Shown: positions 1-14,215 of the stretch, piece after piece | How the letters are laid out: each line of letters opens with the position of its first letter | How positions within the stretch are numbered: the stretch's first letter is position 1 | Origin: Octopus bimaculoides | Taxonomy: Eukaryota | Direction: 5' to 3' | NCBI RefSeq assembly: GCF_001194135.2 | Contig: NC_068985.1 | Coordinates: 60,905,355 to 60,969,354 of the forward strand | Length of the DNA stretch: 64,000 bases | Position numbers and translations under genes: made by a program | The notes under the pieces: generated by a model | Database searches by the model: none | What the model was told of the DNA's origin: nothing | What the model saw: the letters and a program-made list of their open reading frames with translations, nothing else

Positions 1-102
1 TTAGATTGGAACCTGGTGTAGCCATCCGGTTTCACCAGTCCTCAGTCAAATCGTCCAACCCATGCTAGCATGGAAAGCGGACGTTAAACGATGATGATGA
101 TG
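1..102 (+). mobile_element. 5'-truncated RTE LINE 3' end
   Basis: gtcaaatcgtccaacccatgctagcatggaaagcggacgttaaacgatgatg. Similar short copies at approximately 6240-6390(+), 7520-7720(+), 14335-14515(-), 18690-18835(-), 33330-33520(+), 42490-42800(-) and 47570-47680(-). Confidence 0.85.
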
Positions 103-184
103 ACTGCTTAATAATAAGAACCATCACTAAATATATCTGAATGGGAAAAAAACAGCAAATTAAATAAAAATAGAAGAAATTAAA

Positions 185-315
185 TAGCTGTGTGATTGAG
201 AAGTTTATTTCCTAATCATGTTGTTGCAGGTTCAGTCCCACTATGTGGCATCTTCTGCAAAACCAAAATCTTGTGAGTGTAAATTTAATAGACGGAAGCT
301 GAAAGAAGCCCATCA

Positions 316-352
<37 letters not shown>

Positions 353-630
353 ATACTTGTGCATGTGTGTGAGTGCATGGGTGTGTGTGTGTGTGTGTTT
401 GTATCTCCTTGTCTTCACATGTGATAGAAATAAACATGTCACTGTCATATAGGTAGTGCCCCTTGTTCCCAACCTTCCATGAAAAGAAGTCAGGCTAAGA
501 AAAAATATTACCTTACTTGGAAACAAGTGAAGATTAGTGATAGGAAGGGTATCCAACTGTAGAAAATCAGCCTCAATGAATTCCATCTAACCCATTCAAC
601 CATGGAAAAGTTGTCATTAAAATGTTGATT
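185..630 (+). mobile_element. SINE (family 2): family-1-like tRNA head with an RTE-like 3' tail
   Basis: Head tagctgtgtga..ggttcagtccca and tail ..aggaagggtatccaactgtagaaaatc..catggaaaag. Other copies at approximately 11830-12200(-), 18090-18460(+), 27040-27260(-), 41140-41490(-), 41585-41965(+), 51010-51240(+), 53975-54350(-), 54900-55020(-) and 56450-56590(-). Confidence 0.8.
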
Positions 631-3600
631 CACGAAAACATTTATACACACACAATTTTACGCTAAATAGACAAATGCTCCCACTTCTGAGCCATGTTAC
701 TCCTCTTGTGTATCACTGAATTACAAGAAGAAGGGCAAACTGGTACATATGGTTATGGATCATCATTTGTTTCCACATCAAGCCATAAAGATTCCTTGAA
801 AAAGCACTGTGTTGGGAGCAGTGAAATCTCCACTTTTGGTTAATTTTATGGAATAAATCACTGCAGAAAATTAATAAAGTTTTATTATTTATTATTTTTT
901 TAAATAGTTTAGAGGGTGGAAGAGCAGGTGCACATGGCTTCTGCACACCTGAGGCAGATGTAACAAGTATGGTTGATGTTCTTGAACAACTGAAAGTTGA
1001 TAACTATGAACTTCTAGACAACTGATATTCTGAGAAGGAAAGATTGGGCCAAGTGGGAGGAAAGACACAACAGGGGGTGGGGTGGGGGAGACTGGTAATT
1101 GGATATGTTATGAGATAAGTCAGATCTGATGAACAAAGGTCACAGAAAGGCAGTAGAAAAGGCAGAGAGAAAGAGAACAACACATCAGTGGGCCAGAGGC
1201 TGGTACATATTGGTGACTTTTGTCTGAAGGTAGTCTATCAGTACTGCTGCAGATTTAGGAGAAGTTAGTGTTAACATATTTAATGTAATGAATTTTAAAG
1301 GACTAACTAAAGATAATCACTTGGAATTGTTTCCAAATGTAAAAAAAAAAAAAACAAGAGAGACAATTTCCTACATGCTTCTGCCTTATTAATCCTCATC
1401 AGTACAGCACAAACTTCACTGTAGTGATTGAAATGGGGACTGTCAATAAGAAGAAGTACAATACTGTGCAGGTGTAGGCATGGAAATTAAAATGTTAAAA
1501 TTGTGGTTGCGAAAGAAGTGACGAGACATTCAGTAATAAAATGCAGAATACTGCAAAGGTGTGGACAATGGAGATTAACATGTTAGAGAAAAAAAAAAAA
1601 ATGATACGGATGAGTAGTTTAATTAACCATTTTTACAAGTTGGGCTGAGTCAAAAAAATAGCTTCTTTATAAGGTTCAGGGTAGGGAATGGGTTAAAGTT
1701 GTCCTGAAACATGCTGTGTGGCTGACTACATTCTTTTTTCTGTTTTATCTGGGTCATAAATTTTGGGTGTATCTACTGCAATTGATGTTCAACTCAATTC
1801 TTACTTATCACTATTGCTAGTTGCTGATAGTAGAAATACAAAGTGCAACAGACAAGTCTATCATATTTTACATGGTCATTGGTGTGGTGCTAGTGAAGTG
1901 GATGGTAATGGTGTCTTCATGTAGCTAATGTTTTAATATTTTTTTTGGGGGGGTTTGGACTAGTGCACATTATGCATTTGCTATTGAAACATTTATTAAC
2001 CTATAAAATGTGGGAGGTTTTTTGCTGCAATTTGTAGAAATTACAGTTTGTAATGAAGGTTCAAATCAGAATTTGATGCCACATTGCAGGCTGAGATCAC
2101 ATTTTGTCAGTAATGCTCCCTTAATCCTTCAAGATGTTCATCAAGGATCTGTCAGCCCCTCTTTTTCACTAATAATCATCTATTAATGTGAAATACATCT
2201 ATATATAACTGCTCCAACAAGGGAGCCTCTGTATAGTCACTCAATCAGCTAGAAATAACAGTCAAAACTCTCTAATTACACTTTACACATATCAAAAATT
2301 CAAACATACATTAGTGAATGTGATCTTAGTTACACCGCGAGAAACAGCTGGAATGTCTTTGATCACAAGTCTGCTAAACCTGAGTCTACAAGGGTTAAAC
2401 TACAATATTTTTTTAATTCAATCTAACTAGGGAGCTGCTTTAAATATAATTTAGAATTGTGTTACATGCCTTTCTGTTCTGAGTTCAATTCTTGCTGCAA
2501 TTAAGTCCATCTCACATGTACAGTTACTAAAATAAGAATCATGTAATTAAACTATTTTCCTGCTGGATGACAAAAGAACTACTTAATTGACTAGTTTGGT
2601 GGGTAGGGGGTAGACCCCTTTAGTTGACTAAGCCAGAGGGCCATTTAGTTGACTAGTTAGGAGCAAAAGAGCCATTTAATTGATATTTAATCCATGTTTA
2701 TAAATATATTTGTAACTTGGTGCCACTAAAGTGATGAATTATTAACCCAGTAATATTGTTGTGTGTATGGATGAGAATAGCTGTATAAAGTGCCAACTAC
2801 TTTCAGGAGATGGAATCAATGGAAAAAAGAGAAACTAGGAAAATGTAGGATGAAGACTAATCACAGAATGTTGAGCCTCACAGAAGATTAGAAAAGAAGA
2901 AAAGACTAAAATGACTTTAGAAAATATTTGCATAATATATAAAAAAATATATCAACACACAACTATATTAAAATATATTTCTAAAAAGAAACTTTTAGAT
3001 GTAAATCTTAACTTGTGTTTATTTATTAAAAATAACAATGCAATTAATAATGTTTCTGATAAATGAAGGTAGAGAATAGCAACATCCTTGTTAAACATTA
3101 GAGAACATTGAAACTGATTAAAATGATGTTAATCAGCAAGCTCATTAGTAAGAGCTGTACAGAGATTTACTTTGATAAATTGTGTTAGAGATTTCTGATA
3201 AACTAGAAAGTTCCAGAAAAGAGAAATTACATTTCTAACATCGAAAATATCTTTGTATCAAATTACTGATTTCCAATATCAATGTTTCACTTTATTAATT
3301 GTCATCAAATTTAATTACCAACTGCATGGGAAATGGACATTAAATGACAATGATGATGGTGACGATTTTTAAAACAGAAATATTTCTTTGATAATCAAAA
3401 AGTGTAAAGTATGTAGATAGGTGAGGGATGTGCAATGTTGTGACTTTTATAGCTGTGATTGGTGTTAACTTCCAGAATATAACAAGTATGTCAATCAAAA
3501 GATGTTGTAAAGGAGAGGGCAGCTTAGACTAGGAATGAAGAGTACAGAAAGTGTGACAAGCTAACATGGGAGAAATTGGTGTACTGAAGGTGGTGTGTTG

Positions 3601-3651
3601 AAAGGAAATATGAGTATTAATAACTATAGAGTTAAGTGTGTGAGGGCAAAG

Positions 3652-3689
<38 letters not shown>

Positions 3690-4539
3690 CATTGATCTCT
3701 ATTGAATGATTAAGTAATGGGAAACAAATAACACCACCAATTTTTAGACAGATATAAGCATAGATACACATAGATATTTGGTTCTAATTTCTACATAATG
3801 GAAAATGGTGTCCCTACCAGCAATTAATATACACAGAGCAGAGCTAATAGACTAATGACCAAACATAGGTGTGATTTCTGTCACTCCTACGTTACAAGCA
3901 GTGCTGCTCCAGGCAAACAGAAACATAGAACTACAAAGATGAAACCCATGGATAGTTATAACTGAAGAGGGCCATACAAATGTGTGTGTGAATGTCTGTG
4001 CACATGAATATAGAAGCTTAAAAGTTTAGCTGTCACTTGAAAGTGAGTATGAGATGGTAGCTTGTACCTCACTTTTGTTAGTTGTTTTGGATGACTATGT
4101 AGTTGCAAGTAGACACAGGCATCTTTTTAGCCTTTCTACACTTAACTCAATGAAACATCAAGGATGTGACAGCTGGTGGGAGAGAAGGCGGCACCAGCAT
4201 TGAGCTGGTACTCATTTATAGCTGGATAGATTGAAGCAATATGAACTGAAGTGCCTTGCTCAAGGATACAACACACTGCAAAATCCAGGAATCAAGCTCA
4301 TGATCTTATGGTCGTAAACCCAACACTCAAATAGGCCACAAATACACATACGCAGGCATATGTAAGTTACTAAAGGAGTTATGGCACAACTGAATTGGGA
4401 AGAAAATTAACCTAGATGACAGAGAGTTGCCATTTATATCATGTTAGAGTAACCTGATGCCTTCTTCATAGTGAGACAACTACAGGAGAAACCTTAACTA
4501 AGAAGACTAAGTAAGCTCAATCCGGAAAAAGCCTTGACA

Positions 4540-5400
4540 GAGTTCCATGCTCTGTAGTCTGTGGTTGCTAAAGAATCTAGGAGTAGATGAGTAGCTTGTG
4601 TGAATTATTGATAACCATGTACACAGATGCCATCAGCAATGTGAGTGTTAGGTATGAGTCCATGAAGAAATTTGACATTCTCAAAGGTGTCACTCAGGGC
4701 TTTGTTCTCAGCCTGTCTCTTATTTTTTATAATTCTCCAGGTTATATCAGACAAGCTTAAAACCAGTTGTCCATGGGAACTCTTGTAGTTGAATCTGCGC
4801 AAGATTTAGAAAATTAATTCTGAAATTGGAAGCAAAACTAAGAATTGAGATGCCTTTATGTAAACTATCAAAGACTGAAGTTTTAGATAGACAGAAAGCA
4901 GATAGGACTTTAATTACTGCCTTCTGGGAAATGGCCGTGCAATATGCAGAAAAGGTGACAGTAGATATCCCATGAGGTATACACAATATAAACAATAGAT
5001 GCATAAGAGGTAAGTTGATAGAAATAGAGACTTTGTGTGCAACTTTGTAAGTACAAATGCTGTATGGTAGTGAGACAGAGGCCTTTAATGCAGAGAATTT
5101 ATGAAAAATGGACAGTAATGAAGCAAACCATTCTGTTTGGGATATATAACATTAATGTGTATAAATGACACAACATGAATGGGCAGAGAGAAAAACTGGG
5201 TAAAAAACAAATCAAATGTAGTCTCCAAGAAAGACCCGCACTGGTAGGGACATGAGATGCATATGGAGGTCAGTAATGTAAAGAAATGTCTCACATTTGA
5301 AGTGAAAGGAATCTGTTGAAGAGGAAGACATGGGACTAAGTGGAGAAGACAGATCTCAAAAAACTGAGAAGAGGACAAAAGACTATAACAAGTGACAAAA
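4540..5400 (+). mobile_element. Heavily decayed RTE LINE reverse-transcriptase fragment
   Basis: Recognisable EKA(L/F)DRVP, NLGVDE, MYTDAIS, KGVTQGFVLS and TSCPWELL remnants with stops and frameshifts. Confidence 0.75.
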
Positions 5401-5671
5401 TGCTATGCTGAAAATCTTCCTGACCCATGCAATTATACAAAAATAAATAAATAAAATGATAAATGGTGATAGAAGTTGGGATGATTAACACCTACATTTG
5501 GACCTATCATGCCCTTTAAGTTCATGTTAAGTTTCCCTGTCACCAACCAACTTTGTTACTATTTACTACCACTATTTTTAAGACTCACTTATTTATCACT
5601 TACTTCTGCTCTCCGATCACTTTCGCTTTTTCACATTATTCTCCCTTTTTTCACTCCTTCACAATTCTCAT

Positions 5672-5702
<31 letters not shown>

Positions 5703-8700
5703 TTCAATCCCTCTCAGAATAGAGGCAACACAGAGAAGAGGAGATTCTCCTCAAATTGTTGTTTGGGAGGAGATAACCTCTCCAGTGTTGGTGCCATAAT
5801 AAAATGTTTCCCAGTATATTCTGTCAAGTTGTTGGCAATAGGAAAGACATCTAGCTATAGAAATTATGCCAAAAATAGAACATATGAATGTGATGTGATT
5901 TCTGGTTCATCTAGGAAGATGGTAACTCTGAATATGAACTGATTCAGACTGTGCTTAACATCTAACACATGCTAGCATGGAAAAATGGATGTAAAATGAT
6001 AATAAAGTCACATACACACAAAAAAATTTCTAAAATATTTAGGGGTTCTGTCTGTCTGTCAGCCTGCTCCTATCTCTCTCCAGCAAGAGACCCGTTTCAG
6101 CCCCTCTATCAGAGTTTAACCCCTCATCATCAGGAATAAAACCACCTCCCTCAATACCCTGCCACTTCTCAGTTGAGGGGATCTTTGTTTTGCAAGTTAC
6201 TTGATGACTTTACCAGTACCAGTTTCCAACAAAAAGCATTCAGTACACTCTGTAAACTGATTGGCATTAGGAAGAGCATCGAGCCATGTCACAGTTGATA
6301 GTAGAGCTTAGTGCAGTCCTTTAGCTTGGCATCTCCTGAGAAACCATCCAACCCAAGCCTGCATAGAAAGCGAATATTAAATGATGATAATGATACACAC
6401 ACACACACACACACACATACATACATAAAAAAAAACTCAGTGAAATCCCAATGGTAATCCAAAAGAAGCAGAATTCTAGGAAATTACACCCACACACACA
6501 CACATGCATACACAGGTCCACAAACATCATTCACTTAGCAACAGTTGTCAGACACAATTGTAACTTGTGCTGCTATACAAATTCTCCAGGTTTGTCAGTA
6601 ATCTTCAGATCAATGTTCCTCACAGAAAGAAACAAGAAATCAACAGCAACTTTTATAAGCATGATTAGATATTTTTTTTATTGATAGGTTGCTAAGTCAA
6701 TTGCCTCTCACAGAAACCAGATTCAGAAAATAACAAGAAAATGAATTACAAACCAAGCCAGGAATGTTATCTTTATCAGTTACCATGGATTCTACAAGTC
6801 TGCATCACCATCATGATAATAATAATAATCAACAAGATAACAAAACAAAGAATTTTGTTTTCTTTTCTTTCTACCTAGATTCTATTATCCTCATTCTTAG
6901 AGAAGGAATTGCTGAGGAATAGCCAGAGCAAAGGTGGTGCTGAGCTTCATTATATTTGGTTAACTTGTTAAGATAAGATTGACTTGGTTTGTTTCTTTGA
7001 ACAAATTCATTTGTGTGGGAGAGAGAAAGAGAAAGAAAGAGGAAAATGAGAGGAGAGAGGGGGGAGGAAGGAAAGTAGAGAGAAGGAGAGAGGAAAGAGA
7101 GGAGAAGAATATTTGAAACTTGTTTTATTGCTCTTTAGTCTTCCGCCAGCTATGATCAAGCAGACTCTCTAAGGATGGCATTCTAACCATGAGCAACCTG
7201 TGTTTTTAAGCACCTTTGGCCCCACTCCCACAAAAGAAACAGTGTAAAGGGGACTACATTATTTAATGTGCTGCCCTTCTGTTTTTGAGGGTTTGCTCTA
7301 GCATCTCATCACTACCATCCTATCTTTCCAGTTATACCCATCCACCCACTCTCATTAAACACAAGGTGGCTATGTATTATCTCTATAGCAAGACACCAAC
7401 ACTATCATAGCCTCTCAGCACCTGACATGAATCCACCCAACTCCCAAACACTCCCCCTCTCCACTAAGTCAATGGGCTTTTTCGGTTTCTTTCCTTTTTC
7501 CTTTTCCTCTCTTGCAAGTTACTTAGCAGCTTCACAAGCGTTGGAGGTACAATAGAAACACCCAGTATACACTGTAAAGTGGTTAGTATAAAGAAGGGTA
7601 TCTGACTGTAGAAACCATTCCAAAGCTGACATTGGGGCCATTGCATCACTGCATCTTGCTGGATCATGTCAAACTGTTCAACCCATGCTAGCAAGGAAAA
7701 TAGATGCTAAATGATGATGTAATTTCAGGGAGATATGGCTGCTATTTCAAGCTGATTAAGAAAACACTAGAGGTACCTGTACTGACTTGTGTTTTTCAGC
7801 TATTTTCCAACAGCATCACATATAATAAGCATATTTAGGTTCCTTTGTGTTTTCTTTGTTTCAAAAGAAAAAAGAAAAAAAAGCAAAGTTAAAAAATTTT
7901 GGATGTTTCTTTCCTTACCATTTCTAGACGTGATATAATTTTGTAAATTTTTCCATTTTGCAATTCTGCTAAATACATTTTGTTTGTACGCAGAGAAAAA
8001 GTCAATCACAGCATACAAACCACCACTGTACCACATACAATTAACCACCACATGTCAGAAATAGAGCAGCAAAAAGAGATCAACACATTCTAACTGCAAC
8101 ATTGCCACAGACAATTAACCACTGTATGTCAAGATGTGCATTGTTGTCTTCTACTAAACAGAGGCATGCTGTAGAGAGCATTTAATCATTCAGGCTGTAA
8201 CCTAAGGGCCAAAGAGACACCTGGATCAGGGCTGACTTGGGACTTATCTAACAACGTTATCCCAAGATTCCTCAATACCAGTTTTAATAGAACATAGGTT
8301 TGCATCTATGTGATATTAATTTACTTAGTTTTATGTTTTCAGTCCAGAGACTTAGTATTTGCAAACTAGAAAAATACATGTTGGAAGTTAAAATTTAGTG
8401 TTGTGGATATGCAACATGGAACTACAAAATGCTAAATGGAACTACATGGTACTACAAATTTCTACAGCATGCTGTTATAGGATTCTTTAACAAGGAACAA
8501 CAAAATACTATATGATGGTACAAAATGCAACATGGGACTACAAAATTCCACAGCATGGAGTTACAAAATGCTACGAGAAGCTGCAAAGTTCTACAACATG
8601 AAGCTATAAAATACATAGAGTTATAAAATGATATAACATGAAGTTACAAAATGTGACAAATCCTGATATCCCAGGCAGTTATTTCTCAACATGTATCAAC

Positions 8701-10029
8701 TAATTAATATTGACTTCTATATTAGACTTACCTATTTTTATATTACTATATATATATATATAAATATATATACACATACACATAACATTATGTGAGAGAG
8801 AGAGAGAATGTGCATGTGTATACACATACATACAAACATAAACCTCCACAACATATATACTTTAACACAGAGATATTCTTAAGAAATTCTAAACTGAACA
8901 AATTAAAACTGTTATGTTTGTTTTAATAAATTAAATAATGAAAATAGATTTTTGTTACTGTTGAAATAATAGAACAACTCCATCATTATAGCCACTCCTA
9001 CAATGTTACAACTAAACATAAGGTTAAATACTTGGCAAGCTAATGCTCATGCCCATTAAGAGCAACTACTACTACACCGTATAGTAGTTTACTACAGATG
9101 AATACTTAACAAGCTATTGTTCCTGTTTATTAAGGGAGATTACTAAATTAGTTTACTATAGTGTATAGCAGTTTAGTTCAGTTGAAGACAGACAGGTATC
9201 AATAGCAGTTAATGAACTCAGGTGTGGAATTTACTAATATTAGATATTACATGTTTGTTTGTGTCAATTTTCACCCAAGTTGAACCAACTCCACTCAGTG
9301 ATTCCACACCACTGCAAACAAAAACTGACTGCACTCACTGATCACAGATGTCCAATGTGGAGACCATCAACTAATCACAATTCTAATACTGGATACCATA
9401 TATCTGCGAGAACCAGATATTGATTTTAAATCCTACTTGATTATATAACCTCACTGTTTACAAACAAACAGGCACCATCCAAGTGATTGCCATTAATTTA
9501 CTTAAACACACATTCCACTTTCTGGCTTTTAAATGTCCTCTCGCTCTTCACTGCATTTTCAATTCCTACTATAACAGCCTCTGCTCTTCAGAGCCATCTG
9601 GCCTTATGCCACCACCACTCAAGTATTCTTATTCCACTCATCTCTTCTCTTATCACTTTTGTTGTGTCTACCCCATCACAAGCCTTACACAAATCACTGA
9701 CCAGTCCCTCCGTCTAAGAATGTTATCTCTCTGGAATTCCCGTCTTGATTATATCTTTCCTAACAAAGGTTCAAGAGGAACATCAATCTCACTGGCCTGG
9801 TAGAACCTGTAAAGGCCATGAGCATTGTCCCTACTCTCTAGACACAGCATGTAAAAATAAAAAAAACATCCCAGGAGGGCCACAAGTATGATCGTATTGT
9901 GGATAATAGAGTATATGGCCAAACCTATAAAGGTGCTTTTCAAGCAGGAGCAATGAATTGAATATTGATAGTTGATACAAATTCTAAAAAATAAAGAAGG
10001 AGGATTTGATAGAGATAAAAATGGTCAAA

Positions 10030-10560
10030 CACTTACAGCTTGAGTTAAGTTTGCTGCTCTCATTGTCCATGTCTCATAGTTACACAGCAGAATGGTACAA
10101 ATGAGAATCTACTTGATATAAATTTTTGTGCCCTTATGGATCACCAATCGAGAACAACAACAGAATACCATACACATCTATCTCATGTATACTGACTTAC
10201 AGCAATGAATGTGGCACCAGACTAATTGATTTGCTCAACTTCTTCCAGAATCTTGTTATTTTGAGTATGATAGAAATCTTTTCAGATGGTAATATGCCAG
10301 TAAATAAATATGATGTCATCATCAGAATATTTGAGGTGAGTGACAATGAAATCTCATCTCACAGTGTTACTTAAGTAATTCTCTAGTGCAATCTCCACAA
10401 TCCAGTTAATGGTGTTGTTGAAGAGCATTGGAGAAAGAACAAATCCTTGCTGGACACCTGAGCAAATTTGAAAGAAGTTGGATTTCCTACTGTAACAGCA
10501 AACCTTTGTTCACGTAGAATTAATATAAAACATTACTGGTATCTAAATTGCTACAGCTAC
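10030..10560 (-). mobile_element. Decayed LINE RT fragment (RTE-like)
   Basis: Minus-strand remnants SGVQQGFVLSPMLFNNTINWI, LKYSDD and NYETWTMR. Confidence 0.7.
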
Positions 10561-11101
10561 TATACTAGTAAAGAAATGTTAAATGCACTAATAAGGAGGA
10601 CTCTACACAGTCACCATCTTTAAAAAAGCAATGATACACTGGATTAATGTCGTTCATGATATCTAACAAGAGAAGCTGATTGGTCATGGCTAGAATAGGT
10701 CTACTTGATAAGAGCTGGCTTAGGGCTGAACAGTAACAACAGTCAATGTCCTTTTGTATAACTGATAACACCAAATAAGCAGAAATAATATCAATAGTTT
10801 TAAAACTAATGACTGGGATTGTAGAAAAAGCTGTTTCAGGAGTAATTTGAAGACCTTGTAAACCCAGTTCCCTTGGTTGATGTCTATAAACAAGTTTTAC
10901 TAAATTATCATACAACTTAGAGTTATCTAGGTTAAACACATCCTCTTTGATTTGATATCATGTTTATATAAATCTTCATTGATTTGGTATGGGGTTACTG
11001 CTTTGTCCTATGAAATGTGTTCCATCTTTCAAGATCTCAGCGACCAAAGCATAGTCTAACACAAGAACTAAGGATTATGGTAATTGACACAATCCACTTA
11101 C

Positions 11102-11239
11102 TCTTTCCCGTTCCAGTGCTGCTTTTTCTACAATTTCATCATGTTTTTTCTTGAGTTGGTTGATGAGTTCCTGCTCAACCTGTAACTCATTCATTTCAGT
11201 CTGGTGTTCCCCTTCTAATAAGGCCTGTTCCAATTCCAA
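11102..11239 (-). CDS. PHLDB2: PHLDB-like coiled-coil exon LELEQALLEGEHQTEMNELQVEQELINQLKKKHDEIVEKAALERER (46 aa)
   Basis: 138-nt open frame, phase 0/0. Acceptor cttttgtttttctttcag, donor AGA|gtaagt. The junction EAIRE-LELEQALLEGE resembles the PHLDB coiled-coil segment. Confidence 0.88.
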
Positions 11240-11779
11240 CTGAAAGAAAAACAAAAGTGGAGATTATAACGATTCTTCATATGGGTAGTGTTGTAGATGT
11301 GCAACATGGAATTACAAAATGCTAAATAGAACTTCATGGTGCTACAAATTTCTACAGAAATGGTTTGACTCATAGCCACATACATTTGTAGGAGAGAAAA
11401 GGGTTTGACACATGGATGTGATCATTTGTGAGGAAGAAAAGTGGTTCAAATCATAAGTGAAGATGTTTGTAGAATTACTTTGCATTTCATTGCTTGTTGA
11501 TAAATGTAATCATAAACCTTTTGAAATAAAAGTAGTGACTTATCTTTAGAACTTGTATTTAATAAATTATTGACTTTTTAATACACCTGAGTTGGGTATA
11601 AATGTCATACATTTATGTCCTACTCTCCTCTGAAACACAAACAACATGGAGTATTGCATCCAGGAACAATCTTTTAGTTATTCAGAAGTGTCATTATCAA
11701 AATGTTGTCTTTTTATTTATATCAGAAAAGTATTTCAGCATTAGCTAGTAATAGTTATTTTGGGCATGTAACAAAATCA

Positions 11780-11823
<44 letters not shown>

Positions 11824-12276
11824 CATTTTAATATTCACTTTCTAGGCTTGCATCTGACTAAGCTTATTGAGATAGATTTTCTATGGCTGGATACCCTTCC
11901 TGTTGCCAACCCTCATCTGTTTCCAAGCAAGGTAATATTTCTCCCAAGGTCAGATATGTTTTCACAAAATATTGGAAATGAATGGCACTGCTTTCATGGC
12001 ACTGACACTCATTTACAATTATTGTGATTCCAAGACAAGGACACACACACGCAACATGTTTCTTTCACTTTCTGACTACCAGATCTATTCACAAAGCTTT
12101 GATCAACCCAGGGCTATAGGAGAAGGCACTTGCCTATGGTGCTATGCTGTGAGACTGAACATGAAACCATGTGGTAGGAAACCAAATTCATTAACCACAC
12201 ATTATGATCAACAGATTGATAGCTTGACAAACAGACAGATAAAGATGGATGGATATATATATATATATATATAAAC

Positions 12277-12311
<35 letters not shown>

Positions 12312-12327
12312 TCAAATATTAACATAC

Positions 12328-12453
12328 TTCTCTGATAGCTTCATTCTCCTGGTTTTCAATTTCTACAATTTCTTTCTTCAAGCCTGCAATTTTCAACAGT
12401 AATTCTCCCTTTGATTTCTTCAATCTGCCCAGTTGACGCCACAATTCAGATTC
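12328..12453 (-). CDS. PHLDB2: PHLDB-like coiled-coil exon ESELWRQLGRLKKSKGELLLKIAGLKKEIVEIENQENEAIRE (42 aa)
   Basis: Hand-translated 126-nt open frame, phase 0/0. Acceptor tgtttcttctaag, donor GAA|gtatgt. Heptad-rich, and continues in frame into the 11239 exon. Confidence 0.88.
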
Positions 12454-13249
12454 CTTAGAAGAAACACAGAAATAGATTTCATACAGAATTGCAAATTCAA
12501 TGAAGTAAAACTCATCAACTTCTGAGAAGTGATGGTGGTCTTCTAAGTAGTAGTGATACCAGTAAAATAATGAGGCTGACTCAACAGACTAGCTGTCAGC
12601 CACTTTATAAAATTGGGCAGAAAAACAAGTGATTTCTTTTTCATTGTTTTCTGACTTCTAATCTGTCTGCTGTTGACAAAACAAAACAACGAGGTGAAGT
12701 ATGATGCCACACGTACAAAATATGCAATTATAAACCTAAAATAATAGTTCTAAACAGAATTCAATAAAGCAATATTGAACATTATAGACTAGAAAAGGAA
12801 GTGGTAAATAAAACAAGAAAGATTGGTTATTGAAGACTTTTGAATCTTGATTTGAAACACTGTCTTATGTTTTAAGGAAGTTTTATTTTACTTGCTGGGT
12901 CTGCAAGAAAGAGCAGTGCCCATGACCTTTGCAACCCTTCAAGACTGGTGTGATTTATACCACTGATGATCCTCTTGAACCTTTGTAAGTTAACACCTGT
13001 GGAACAGGCACAAGTAGGGAACATCAAAGAGAAAATTGTCTCAGTGAAACAAAATGAAGACCAGACAGTTCCGTGTCATGTATGATTCCAATATTAGTTT
13101 TAGCAGAGCATTCACCTCCAACAACATACATTCCCCAAGACACTAAAATAATTAAGTCTCTACACCAATTCTTGCCAGAGTTAAGGTAACAAATTTACAA
13201 CTGCTACAATTATTCTACCTTATTTCCTCAGTGCTATACAAGGTAATAT

Positions 13250-13490
13250 GTCTCGTCTAGATTTTTAACAGACTCTCGTCTCTCTCTCCCTCATCACATA
13301 TTATTACAAACACTCATACACGAGGCAAAGATAAAACGTTAGGTCTGTAAGAGTTACTTCCCTTCAATTATTATCGCTAATTTAAAATTTACTTCGTTTT
13401 GCTCAGCAGCGAAAGTAGTTTTACGTCTTATTATACACACACATATATACCCTCGTTTCTAATCCGTGCGCACATGCGCACACACCGCCT
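13250..13490. promoter_or_regulatory. CpG-retaining non-repeat segment; candidate internal promoter or enhancer
   Basis: About 13 CpGs in ~240 bp against a visibly CpG-depleted intronic background. Contains the near-palindrome gtgcgcacatgcgcac. Confidence 0.4.
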
Positions 13491-13764
13491 CCCTGATTCT
13501 GATACCTACCTACAGACACACCTGGTTCTAGTCCCTGCCTACCTTGGAATCCATTATCAAACCCTCCAGAATATTCTACATTAGCTAAGAGAAGTAACCT
13601 CATGCTGGCTTTAAACTAAAACTGATCTTAATTGAAATGCTGTAACTAGTTATGCTATTAATAGTAGATGTTAATGGTTATGCTGAGTTCAGATCTTCCC
13701 AAAGTCAGTCTCACAGCTCATCCTTCAGTGGTTGACATAAAAAGGTATCATTCAAATATAGGGG

Positions 13765-13954
13765 TTGATATAATGAACAGCTTAGCAGCATTTCGTCTGT
13801 CTTTACAATCTGAGTTCAAATTCTGCTGAGGTTGAATTTACCTTTCCTTCTTTTCAGGGTCAATAAAATAAGTATCAGTTGAGTACTGGAGTCAATGTAA
13901 TCAGTTTAGCTCCTCCCCGAAATTGCTGGCCTTGTGCCTAAATTTGAAATCGTG

Positions 13955-14005
<51 letters not shown>

Positions 14006-14215
14006 TAGGTGGTAAGCTGACAGAATTTTTAGCAAGCTGGGCAAATTGCTTAGCAGAATTTCATATTTCAGTACATTTTCAGTTCAAATTCCACTGAAGT
14101 CAACTTTGCCATTCATGATTGATAAAATAAGTACCAGTTGGGCTCTGGGGTTGATGTAATCGACTTACTCACTGCACCAAAATTACTGGCCTTGTGCCTA
14201 AATTTGAAACCATTA
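13765..14215 (+). mobile_element. Two tandem tRNA-derived SINEs (family 3) separated by (ATT)n 13955-14005
   Basis: Shared gagttcaaatt (B-box-like) ..gataaaataagtaccagtt..ggccttgtgcctaaatttgaa. Other copies at approximately 26105-26290(-), 32220-32330(+), 32565-32760(+), 34305-34505(-), 34510-34694(-) and 50757-51005(+). Confidence 0.82.

Noticed and set aside
6075-6140. Minus-strand CUGAUGA...GAAACGGGUC hammerhead-like spacing
   Set aside because: No convincing stem II, and stem I does not pair. At best a very decayed relic.
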